32,000 nt of DNA. It comes from Thermosulfurimonas dismutans (GTDB lineage Bacteria > Desulfobacterota > Thermodesulfobacteria > Thermodesulfobacteriales > Thermodesulfobacteriaceae). The position numbers and the translations under genes were made by a program. The stretch's first letter is position 1, and every line of letters starts with the position of its first letter. A model generated the notes under the pieces. That model was not told the origin of the DNA and did no database searches. It saw only the letters and a list, made by a program, of their open reading frames with translations. Location: positions 30,001-62,000 of the forward strand of contig NZ_LWLG01000014.1 of assembly GCF_001652585.1 (NCBI RefSeq). Direction: 5' to 3'. Shown here in pieces: positions 17,290-24,968 of the stretch.

Positions 17290-18122
17290 TCCAATATGTA
17301 ATTTGCGTAGGAATATAGTTCGGGTCTCGGTGGAACGAAGTGGTCTATTCTCATCTTTTTAAGGATTTTTTTGCCTTCTAGATCTTTGTCCATCTTGAGG
17401 AGTATTTTGAGGACCTTTATTCGGAAATCTTTGTCGCTTTGCGGGGACGATACCAGGGGTGGAATGCCGAAGAGAGGAGATTTTTCGATGACTTTGGTCT
17501 TGGAAATAAAATGGATCTTCCTCTCCAGAAGGTTTTCATAAACTAAGCTATCCACAGAAGCCCCTTCTACTACCCCCTCGGCGACAAGCTCAATGGATTT
17601 GTCGTGTGAATAAGAGAAGAAGGTGCGTTCGAAGAATTTTTCAGGTGTGGTCCCCAATCGTTTGAGCCTATAAAGTAAGTAGAGTCTTCCTGTAAGGGAA
17701 AGAGGATCGGTGAAAACGAAACTTTTTCCTTGGAGGTCTTCAAGACGTCGGTAAGGTGCCTCGCTATTCACAATAATATAGGCTTGATAATAGGGCCTAC
17801 CGTACATCACGGGAATGGCCAAAAGTGTTAATCCGAAATCTTTGTGTCCCGCTAAATAGGCCCCGGTGCACACGTGTCCGAAATCGGCTTCCCCGTTTGC
17901 AAGCATGCGGTTTACTTCGATATAGGTGTGCCTTTGTTTGAGGATTACCCTTTTTCCTAATTTAGCGGAAAGATACCTTACGAATTCCTGATAGGTAGCA
18001 ATAGTAATATTAGGGGAAACCATAGGTGAAACTACGAAGATATAGACCTCTTTACCTTCCCCTTTCGGGGCTTGAAAAAAGATAGTAAAAAGTAGAAATA
18101 GAACATACCTTTTCATGTCCAA
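17277..18122 (-). CDS. PhnD-like periplasmic substrate-binding protein (phosphonate-bd family)
   Basis: 281 aa with a signal peptide and the typical PhnD-like pattern (Y..F..YL...LG..V.L......Y.E....L..GE.DF). It overlaps the downstream histidine kinase by 13 nt. Confidence 0.7.
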   Translation of the reverse strand: MDMKRYVLFLLFTIFFQAPKGEGKEVYIFVVSPMVSPNITIATYQEFVRYLSAKLGKRVILKQRHTYIEVNRMLANGEADFGHVCTGAYLAGHKDFGLTLLAIPVMYGRPYYQAYIIVNSEAPYRRLEDLQGKSFVFTDPLSLTGRLYLLYRLKRLGTTPEKFFERTFFSYSHDKSIELVAEGVVEGASVDSLVYENLLERKIHFISKTKVIEKSPLFGIPPLVSSPQSDKDFRIKVLKILLKMDKDLEGKKILKKMRIDHFVPPRPELYSYANYILECSL

Positions 18123-18149
18123 TTAAAGATAACAAGATTTTGGAAATTT

Positions 18150-18755
18150 TTAAGGTGTGCTCGTTCGTACCAAAGGCCACGTTTCGGGAGGATCTCCGCG
18201 GCCTACGGAAAGGCCAAGGGCATGGGCTTCTTTTAAGGCCGAGGGGTGCTTTTTGATATCGTTCCTTTTTTCTATACCCCTGAAAAATAGCCCTCCCTGA
18301 TATTCGGCATTAATGGCGTCAAAGAAGTACCGAACGACCCGTTGAACCCCTTCAAAGAGCTTCTTACCCTTGGTGGCTCCGAGAGAAAGGAAGATGCCGT
18401 GCCTTTTCTTCTGGGCCGTCTCTTTCAGCATATATTTTCTGACCCAGCAGGCCTGAGAGCGCTCCACCAGGGCCTGGGTGCGGGAAGATATGTTGTAAAA
18501 GAAGATGGGTGAGGCCAATACGATCACATCGGCCTCAAAGAGTTTGGGATAAAGAGGCGAGAAATCGTCCTCGAGCACGCACTCCCCGGTCTCGTCACAA
18601 CCGCCGCACTCGATGCAAGGCGAGAATTCGAGCCGGTAGAGATCGTACTTTTCTACCTCCGCTCCGGCTTCCCGAGCGCCTTCCAAAAAGGCCTTGAGCA
18701 GGGTGTCCGTGTTGCCTCCTATCCTAGGACTTCCTTGAAAGGCAAGGATTTTCAC
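18150..18755 (-). CDS. Iron-sulfur flavoprotein (Isf-type, NADPH-dependent FMN reductase fold)
   Basis: 201 aa with an MKILAFQGSPRIGGNT flavodoxin-like N-terminus and the compact CIECGGCDETGEC (CX2CX2CX5C) motif characteristic of Isf proteins. Confidence 0.7.
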   Translation of the reverse strand: MKILAFQGSPRIGGNTDTLLKAFLEGAREAGAEVEKYDLYRLEFSPCIECGGCDETGECVLEDDFSPLYPKLFEADVIVLASPIFFYNISSRTQALVERSQACWVRKYMLKETAQKKRHGIFLSLGATKGKKLFEGVQRVVRYFFDAINAEYQGGLFFRGIEKRNDIKKHPSALKEAHALGLSVGRGDPPETWPLVRTSTP

Positions 18756-18757
18756 CG

Positions 18758-20587
18758 TTAAACCTTCCCCGATGGGGGATTGATATATTTGTCCGCGTAT
18801 TCCCGGACATGGTGGCCTTCGAGCACATGAAAGGTCCGGATTCGGTGAAGGAGGATGGGCGAGAAGGAACCTAGAGGTAGATAGATGACCTTTTTGCCCT
18901 GTCTGGCGGCGAAGTTTCTGGCCAGAGCCGTAGGAGGCCTTCGGGCCACATAGACGACGTACCTCTCAAGGGAGTAGTCAATGGCGGCTACCAGCAGTCT
19001 TTCGGCCTTGGTGCGTGCGAAGTCGAAATAGGGATCCTCCCAGATGTCGTAGACTCGCATGGGAGGGTAGGTGAGCATGAACCCCCCGTAGGTGCAACGA
19101 GATATTCCTGGACCAACCACTACCTCTCCGGGTGGGGTAGCGTAGAAGGCCATGTCCGATTCCTGGTCGTGTTCCCCGTGCCAGGTAAGTTTCCAGGGAT
19201 AGCGTTCCCGGCCCTCTCCCCCGGGAGAATCTTCGTCGAAGATGACCACCACCGACCCGGCTTTGCCCGTGGCCACCGGGGCGTCCACCACGTAGATCCG
19301 GCCTTCGTGCCATCGTCTGATGGTTTCTCTTATGTCCGGCCCGTCCTTCATGGAGACCGTGAAGGGCTCAACCCGCCTGAGCTCCTCCGATATCACCCTC
19401 AGGGCCCGACGCATGACGTCCCGCCCGAAGTTTTCGATCACGATATCCTCCGGGGGGAAAGAACAGATGTATCCGCCTCGCCAGGCCTCTTTCCATTCCC
19501 CGTAACGTCTTTCGGTGGGCCGCTTTTTGATCGGGATTAGGCGCTGACGGTGCAAAGGCTTCATCCTCCGGAAGAAGCGGATCTTTTTGTGGGGCTTCAT
19601 CAGGTCTTCGAGCCTCAAGTCCAGGGGGACCAGGTCAGGGACATCCTGCTGGTAGGGGTAACGGGTTCCGATCTCCCAGAGGTGCCAGGCAAAATCGTCT
19701 CCACCCACGCCACGGGCCGCGACCAGCAACTGATAGAAGTCTGGAGTGAGTCGAGCCGAAAGCAGGGCGTAATTGCGGGCAAACTGGCGGAGGACGGAGA
19801 GGTTCCGTGGGGGGATCTTTTCTTGGAACTCTCTCTCGTAGGCTTTACAGGCCTTTGCAAGGAGGTCCTCATGAAGGCGCAAACGATCGAGGGGAAGATG
19901 GCCTTCCCTCCGGGCCTCCTCGTAGGCTCCCTGAAGGAAGCCGACCTCTGAGAGTACCTCCCGAGAGCCTTCAAAGGAAAGGTGAAAGAGCTTTATGCCT
20001 TCACGGTGCGTACGTGCAAAGGGGGTCGGCAGACTCGGCCGTTTCAAAGTTTCGACCACCGGTTTGATGTGTACCAGGCCACCCACAAAGGCCACCCTCG
20101 AGAATCTCCCGGAGAGCTTCTTCAGACCGTAGGCCATGGACAGCTCACGGCTTTCATCTTGGGGAAGCCTTTGGAATTCGTGCTTTAGGGCTTCTTCTAC
20201 ATAGCGCTCGTAGCCCAGACGGTACACCAGATAGGTGTCTGGGAAGGGGTCTTTCCGACCCGTATAACCCTCAAGATCTAGATCCACGAAAAAGACCGGA
20301 ATCCCCCTCTCTATAGCGAATCTTACGGCTTCGATCAGGGGTTCAACCGGTTCCACAATGAGATAGACCTCTGTGCCGTCCTGTTCTTGATAGGTAATTA
20401 CCGATAAATAGGGGAGGCGCTTTACTCCTCGTAGAATGGCTTCCGAAAGAGTCGGAGGATACTCCACGGCCACCGCTTCGGGGGCTATTTCAGTGAGTTT
20501 TTGATGTACGGCTTGGGCGAATTCCAGGTTCCCGTGAAGGACCGGTAGAAAATAGAATTCGGTACCCTGATCGATTACGCGTAGCAT
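18758..20587 (-). CDS. 609-aa protein of unknown function with an N-terminal TraB/PrgY/GumN (Tiki-superfamily)-like region; possibly DUF5682-related
   Basis: A long, clean ORF tightly coupled to its neighbours. The N-terminus shows FLPVLHGNLEFAQAV..IAPEAVAVEYP and ESRELSMAY...VAFVGGLVHI, resembling the TraB-family GxxH...E / RE..M / GxxH layout. I saw no DxSxS MIDAS motif. The C-terminal ~350 aa has no motif I recognise. The functional call is tentative. Confidence 0.5.
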   Translation of the reverse strand: MLRVIDQGTEFYFLPVLHGNLEFAQAVHQKLTEIAPEAVAVEYPPTLSEAILRGVKRLPYLSVITYQEQDGTEVYLIVEPVEPLIEAVRFAIERGIPVFFVDLDLEGYTGRKDPFPDTYLVYRLGYERYVEEALKHEFQRLPQDESRELSMAYGLKKLSGRFSRVAFVGGLVHIKPVVETLKRPSLPTPFARTHREGIKLFHLSFEGSREVLSEVGFLQGAYEEARREGHLPLDRLRLHEDLLAKACKAYEREFQEKIPPRNLSVLRQFARNYALLSARLTPDFYQLLVAARGVGGDDFAWHLWEIGTRYPYQQDVPDLVPLDLRLEDLMKPHKKIRFFRRMKPLHRQRLIPIKKRPTERRYGEWKEAWRGGYICSFPPEDIVIENFGRDVMRRALRVISEELRRVEPFTVSMKDGPDIRETIRRWHEGRIYVVDAPVATGKAGSVVVIFDEDSPGGEGRERYPWKLTWHGEHDQESDMAFYATPPGEVVVGPGISRCTYGGFMLTYPPMRVYDIWEDPYFDFARTKAERLLVAAIDYSLERYVVYVARRPPTALARNFAARQGKKVIYLPLGSFSPILLHRIRTFHVLEGHHVREYADKYINPPSGKV

Positions 20588-20595
20588 CCGTTCGT

Positions 20596-21462
20596 TCAGT
20601 TCACCGGCCGAAGATGAGGCCTTTCGCTGGCTCCATTTTCTGGGAAGTAGATCAGGGCTTCGGTTCCGAGTACCTGCAGGATGGACTCCTTCAGGACCTC
20701 CGCTAGCGACCTCCCGGAATCAAAGCTTTTGAGGCGTTTTAAGGCGTAGCGGCCGATGTTCACCCCGTCCCTTACGCTGTATGGTTCTCCATGGCGATGT
20801 GCGGCCTGGAGAAAGGCCACCAGGTAATTCAGGATCTCTTCCTCGGCAAAGGGCAGGTTGGCCCTTAAGATCTCCTTTTCCTCTTCAGCCTCGGGAAAGT
20901 CCACAAAGATCTGCGGCTGGAGCCGGGAATGGATGTATTCTGGAAGATCGAAGGTGGAGGCGTCCTCGTTCATGGTCACACAGAGGCGAAAGTCTGGATG
21001 GGCCTTGATCTTGATCCCGGCCACGATGGATTCCACATATCGCCGGGAGTCAAGAAGCGGGGCCAGCGAGGCCCAGCTCTTCTCGCTCATACGGTTGGCC
21101 TCGTCGATGATGGCCACCCCCCCACGGATCATGGCCGTAACAATGGGGCTGGCCATGTACCTGATGCGGCCCTCCTCGGAGATTACCGGGGTTACGATGA
21201 GGTCTTCCGGACGGGTGTCCACCGTGGCCTGGAAGATATAGACCTCGCGAGCAAGCCTTTTGGCCGCAGCATAGGCCAGAGTGGTCTTGCCTACCCCGGG
21301 TTTACCCACCAACCGAGGATTCAAAGGCAGATCCCTTTCGTCCACTACCATCCAGGCCGCAAGGATCTGCCGGAGGACATCCTCCTGCCCCACGCAGACT
21401 AGGTTGAGTTCGTCCGGATGGGCCAGGTGCAGGGTTACCCCTTCGATAGTGACTGTTTCCAT
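20596..21462 (-). CDS. MoxR/CbbQ/NorQ-type AAA+ ATPase (AAA_5)
   Basis: Walker A (VGKPGVGKTT), Walker B (VAIIDEANRM), sensor-1 (CVTMNED) and the PEYIHSRL region. The start is placed at METVTIEG (ATG at 21462, GGAG RBS) because the track's longer ORF would leave zero intergenic space to the divergent gene at 21577. Confidence 0.8.
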   Translation of the reverse strand: METVTIEGVTLHLAHPDELNLVCVGQEDVLRQILAAWMVVDERDLPLNPRLVGKPGVGKTTLAYAAAKRLAREVYIFQATVDTRPEDLIVTPVISEEGRIRYMASPIVTAMIRGGVAIIDEANRMSEKSWASLAPLLDSRRYVESIVAGIKIKAHPDFRLCVTMNEDASTFDLPEYIHSRLQPQIFVDFPEAEEEKEILRANLPFAEEEILNYLVAFLQAAHRHGEPYSVRDGVNIGRYALKRLKSFDSGRSLAEVLKESILQVLGTEALIYFPENGASERPHLRPVN

Positions 21463-21487
21463 AGAATTGCTCCAAGTAGAAAGCTTA

Positions 21488-21515
21488 TTAAGAATTTTAA
21501 CATCCAGGGTATAAT
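21488..21515 (+). promoter_or_regulatory. Candidate sigma70 promoter for the DUF362 gene
   Basis: TTAAGA (21488-21493), a 16-nt spacer, then a perfect TATAAT (21510-21515), about 60 nt upstream of the ATG at 21577. Confidence 0.35.
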
Positions 21516-21576
21516 TTGTACATTCTTTACCAGGAATCCAGCTTGAACTCTTCTTTGCAAAATATCTGCTGGCCAA

Positions 21577-22491
21577 ATGGGTTTTAAAGAACGGATAGAG
21601 TTTTTTGTTTGCGAAAACTATCGCCCGGATCGATTGAAAAGGGCTATAGCCTTTCTTTTGGAAAAATTAAGTTTTCAGGTTTCCTCGGGGACTCGGGTCT
21701 TAGTTAAACCCAATCTGGTGTCTGCCCGTAATGCGGCTCTTTCCTGTACACATCCTGAGATAGTGCGAGCAGTCTGTGAATGGCTAATTGAGAAAAGAGC
21801 CGAGGTTACAGTTGGAGATTCACCGGCCTTTGGGACCACTCGTGGTGTAGCCCGAGCCGCGGGCCTTGTGAGGGCCCTTTCCGATCTACCGGTCAAAATC
21901 GTTAGTTTTAGCCCTTCGCGTCCCATAAAGCTTGCTTGTGGGGTCACGGTGAAACTTGCCCGGGAGGCCCTTTGTGCGGATCTAATCGTGAACCTCCCCC
22001 GTTTCAAGGCCCACGACCAATTGCTCCTAACGCTTGCGGTCAAGAATCTTTTTGGGTGTGTGGTGGGACTGCAAAAACCTTTGTTCCACGCCCGCTTCGG
22101 TGAAAGGGGAGATCTTTTTTATCGCGTGATCCTTGAGGTAAGTGAGCTTTTACCGGTGGGCCTGAACCTGATGGATGCCATCGTGGCCATGGAGGGCCGG
22201 GGGCCTACCACTGGCCGCCCCAAGAATCTTGGCCTTCTCTGGGCCTCAAGAAGCGCCGTGGCTTTGGATACCGCCATTTATCTGGCCCTCGATCTTTCTC
22301 CGGAGGAGGTTCCCCTCTGGCAAACGGCTCAGAAGATGCGGCTATATGGTGCCAGACCCGAGGAGGTAGCTTTCCCGTCCGATTTTCCGGATCTTTCGGA
22401 TTTTAGATTGCCTGAGAAGCCTTCCCCGGTGAGCTTTCACCCCCTGCGCCTGATCCGTGGGATCTTAAAACGGTTACTAATGAAAATCTGA
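21577..22491 (+). CDS. DUF362 domain protein
   Basis: 304 aa: VLVKPNLV, TVGDSPAFG, LPRFKAHDQLLLTLAVKNLFGCV and DAIVAMEGRGP match the DUF362 pattern as I recall it. Confidence 0.7.
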   Translation: MGFKERIEFFVCENYRPDRLKRAIAFLLEKLSFQVSSGTRVLVKPNLVSARNAALSCTHPEIVRAVCEWLIEKRAEVTVGDSPAFGTTRGVARAAGLVRALSDLPVKIVSFSPSRPIKLACGVTVKLAREALCADLIVNLPRFKAHDQLLLTLAVKNLFGCVVGLQKPLFHARFGERGDLFYRVILEVSELLPVGLNLMDAIVAMEGRGPTTGRPKNLGLLWASRSAVALDTAIYLALDLSPEEVPLWQTAQKMRLYGARPEEVAFPSDFPDLSDFRLPEKPSPVSFHPLRLIRGILKRLLMKI

Positions 22492-22506
22492 GACCTTGTT
22501 CTTCAA

Positions 22507-22530
22507 AAATGTATTTGTAATACTACATTT
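22507..22530. promoter_or_regulatory. 7-bp inverted repeat upstream of the RHH antitoxin gene (candidate autoregulatory operator)
   Basis: AAATGTA (22507-22513), 10-nt spacer, TACATTT (22524-22530), 23 nt upstream of the ATG at 22553. Confidence 0.35.
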
Positions 22531-22552
22531 AGAAACCAACCGAAGGAGAATT

Positions 22553-22810
22553 ATGGGAACGGTGGTGAAATCTATTCGGGTTGAAGAGGAATTGTGGGAG
22601 GCGATTAAAGATTTGAGTCGAGAAGAAAAGAAGCCTATCAGCCGGATTGTGGCGGAAGCCATTCAGAAATACTTGGAAGAAAGGCGGATTAAAGGAAAGA
22701 TTAAGGCCATCCGGGAACTGCCGAGGCTCTCTTTAGGGGGAGAGCCCTTCAGGAGAGAGGATTTATATGAAGATCGGTATTGGTACCAATGTGTTTTACT
22801 ATGCCATTGA
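22553..22810 (+). CDS. Ribbon-helix-helix (CopG/VapB-like) antitoxin
   Basis: MGTVVKSIRVEEELWEAIKDLSREEKKPISRIVAEAIQKYLEE shows a beta-strand followed by two helices, typical of RHH DNA binders. A GAAGGAG RBS lies at 22542-22548. The reading frame runs on over the start of the toxin remnant. Confidence 0.65.
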   Translation: MGTVVKSIRVEEELWEAIKDLSREEKKPISRIVAEAIQKYLEERRIKGKIKAIRELPRLSLGGEPFRREDLYEDRYWYQCVLLCH

Positions 22811-22919
22811 TTGTGACAATCCTTTCCATCTGGAAGCTAGGGAAAAGCTAGAAGCTCTGGTAAAAAAGCGGAAAGGCAGTCACGACTCAACAGAATCTCA
22901 TACCTTAAAATCTGGATAA
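22767..22919 (+). pseudogene. Truncated PIN-domain (VapC-like) toxin remnant, 50 codons
   Basis: A small ORF not in the track: MKIGIGTNVFYYAIDCDNPFHLEAREKLEALVKKRKGSHDSTESHTLKSG*. It resembles the VapC N-terminus (M.I.lDTNVliYaid...P.H..A...L), but the first catalytic Asp position is Gly and the ORF stops after ~50 of the expected ~130 aa. Confidence 0.5.
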
Positions 22920-22922
22920 ATA

Positions 22923-23519
22923 ATGTCCTTCCGTGAAATCCAATTCGTAAAGAGTGTGGTAAGGCCGGAGGATCTTCCGGTTCCTGGGCTTCCGGAGGTG
23001 GCCTTTCTCGGCCGTTCCAATGTGGGAAAGTCCTCCCTCATTAATGCCTTTCTCGGCCGCAAGAAGCTCGCCCGGGTCTCTTCCACACCAGGGTTTACTC
23101 GGGCCCTTAACATTTTCCGGGTAGACCACCGCTTCCTGGTGGTAGATCTTCCGGGCTACGGTTTCGCTAAAGTTCCTCCCCGGGTGCAACAGGCCTGGAA
23201 GCGCCTTATAGAGGGTTATCTCTCGGCCCCCAGGCCTTTGAAGCTTTTGGTACTCATTTTTGACATTCGCCGCCAACCGGACGAACTGGATCAGAGGCTT
23301 ATAGAATACGTCAACGCTTTAGAAAGGCCTTTTATCGCAGTACTCAACAAGATCGACAAACTTCCGCGCACCAAAATAATCTCGGCCAAAAAGAGTTGGC
23401 AGGAAGCTCTATCTCTTCCTGAGGAAAAGGTTTTTCTTACCTCTTGTCGGACAGGGGCGGGGGTAGTAAATGTAAGGAATATAATCCTAGAAGTCTTAAA
23501 AAATAGGGGGCGCAAATGA
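22923..23519 (+). CDS. engB: Ribosome-biogenesis GTPase EngB/YsxC/YihA
   Basis: PEVAFLGRSNVGKSSLINA (G1), DLPGYG (G3) and NKIDK (G4). 198 aa. Confidence 0.9.
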   Translation: MSFREIQFVKSVVRPEDLPVPGLPEVAFLGRSNVGKSSLINAFLGRKKLARVSSTPGFTRALNIFRVDHRFLVVDLPGYGFAKVPPRVQQAWKRLIEGYLSAPRPLKLLVLIFDIRRQPDELDQRLIEYVNALERPFIAVLNKIDKLPRTKIISAKKSWQEALSLPEEKVFLTSCRTGAGVVNVRNIILEVLKNRGRK

Positions 23520-23839
23520 AAAAGCTGGTGATGAGCTTGGTGGGGGTGGGCTTGCTTCTTGGAGGTGTAGGGCTAGCTTCCGGGGCCGACCTTAAGAAGG
23601 GCGAGAAGCTTTTTCGGCGGTATTGCAGTTTCTGTCATCCTGATGGTGGCAATACTATTCGTTCAGAAAGAAATCTCAAACGCGATACCCTGATAAAGAA
23701 CGGAATTACCTCCCCTGAAGGCATCATTGAGAAGATGCGTCGTCCAGGGCGGGGAATGCCTGCCTTTTCTGAAAAGCGGATCTCTCCAGAAGATGCCGAA
23801 AGTATAGCCCACTACATCTGGGAGGCCTTTAAAGACTAA
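23516..23839 (+). CDS. Monoheme class I c-type cytochrome (c553/c6-like), secreted
   Basis: Signal peptide (LVGVGLLLGGVGLASGA), a CSFCH heme-binding motif and a distal GRGMPAF Met ligand region. 107 aa. The start overlaps the engB stop (ATGA). Confidence 0.8.
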   Translation: MKKLVMSLVGVGLLLGGVGLASGADLKKGEKLFRRYCSFCHPDGGNTIRSERNLKRDTLIKNGITSPEGIIEKMRRPGRGMPAFSEKRISPEDAESIAHYIWEAFKD

Positions 23840-24968
23840 AGAGCGATAGGTTTCGGGCCGGTCGTTTCCCTCCGATGGTGATGAAAGGCAGGGCCCGTTC
23901 AACTCTTATTCCTAAGCGAGCTAGCCCCTTCGTAGTGAGGACACAGTCTTTTCTCAAAGAAAGGAGTTTCTTGGCTGAACGAGGCCCTATCCCTGGAACC
24001 CTGATGAGCTCCTCATAGGAGGCCTTCTTTAACTCTACCGGAAAGAATTCCGGGTGTCTTTCGGCCCAGGAAAGCTTGGGGTCCTTGGCAAGATCTAAGT
24101 TTTTCCCGGGGCCGAGAAGTTCCTCGTAACTAAAACCGTAGAGCCGCATGAGGAAATCGGCCTCATAAAGACGCCGTTCTCTAAGGAGCGGTGGGGGAGT
24201 TTCTTTCGGTGGGAGCCGATGGTCATCGTTTACCGGGAGATAGGCCGAAAAGTACATGCGTTTGAGAAGTCCCTGGCGATAGAGGTTTTGGGCCGCACGC
24301 AGGATATCGTAGTCTGTCTCTTGGGTGGCTCCCACGATGACCTGGGTGGTAAGAGAGGTCGGAAGTTCCTCCTCCAGTTTAAACCTCCGGGCTTGGGCTA
24401 AGGCCCCTACGAGAATTCGTTTTTCCTTTCCTGGGGCGAGGAGGGCCAGGCTCTTTCTCCTTACAAACTCCAGGTTGGCGCTTACCCGGTTGGCGAGCCT
24501 TACCGCCTGACGCACAAGCTCCGGATCAGAGCCCGGAAGGAGCTTGAGGTGAAGGTAACCCCGAAAGCTGTAAACTTGTCGAAGGAGTCTTGCGACCTCT
24601 AGCATGCGCTCCATGGTGTAATCCGCGGAGCGGGCCACCGCCGAGCTCAGGAATATTCCCCGGATTACACCCTTTCGGTAAAGTTCCATGGCCAGCTCGG
24701 CCAATTCCCGGGGTTCAAAGCTTGCCCGTGGAACGTCCTTTGAGGCCCGATTCACGCAATAGACACAATCATAACGGCACCGATTGGTAAAAAGGACTTT
24801 GAGGAGCGGCAGACACCGGCCGTCGGCGGTCTGGGCCAGATAGATACCGGGGATGCGCCTTCGGCCCTCAAAGGAGGCCGGCGCTTCCCGCTTAAAGCCC
24901 GTCCCGGTGCAGGAGTGGTCGTAACTGGCCGCCGCCCCCAGGATCTCGAGCTTTTCCCAGACAGTCAT
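23829..24968 (-). CDS. Radical SAM protein of the putative DNA modification/repair family with C-terminal helix-hairpin-helix
   Basis: CRYDCVYCVNR (CX3CX2C) and C-terminal YEELIRVPGIGPRSAKKL (HhH). The overall layout matches the family annotated as putative DNA modification/repair radical SAM protein. The start at 24968 is preferred (ATGA overlap with the upstream stop); the alternative is the ATG at 24989. Confidence 0.8.
   Translation of the reverse strand: MTVWEKLEILGAAASYDHSCTGTGFKREAPASFEGRRRIPGIYLAQTADGRCLPLLKVLFTNRCRYDCVYCVNRASKDVPRASFEPRELAELAMELYRKGVIRGIFLSSAVARSADYTMERMLEVARLLRQVYSFRGYLHLKLLPGSDPELVRQAVRLANRVSANLEFVRRKSLALLAPGKEKRILVGALAQARRFKLEEELPTSLTTQVIVGATQETDYDILRAAQNLYRQGLLKRMYFSAYLPVNDDHRLPPKETPPPLLRERRLYEADFLMRLYGFSYEELLGPGKNLDLAKDPKLSWAERHPEFFPVELKKASYEELIRVPGIGPRSAKKLLSLRKDCVLTTKGLARLGIRVERALPFITIGGKRPARNLSLFSL

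Noticed and set aside
21463-21576. N-terminal 38-aa extension of the AAA_5 ATPase (track ORF 20596-21576)
   Set aside because: It would abut the divergent DUF362 start with no promoter space. The extension (MASRYFAKKSSSWIPGKECTNYTLDVKILNKLSTWSNS) is not ATPase-like, and a GGAG RBS precedes the internal ATG at 21462.
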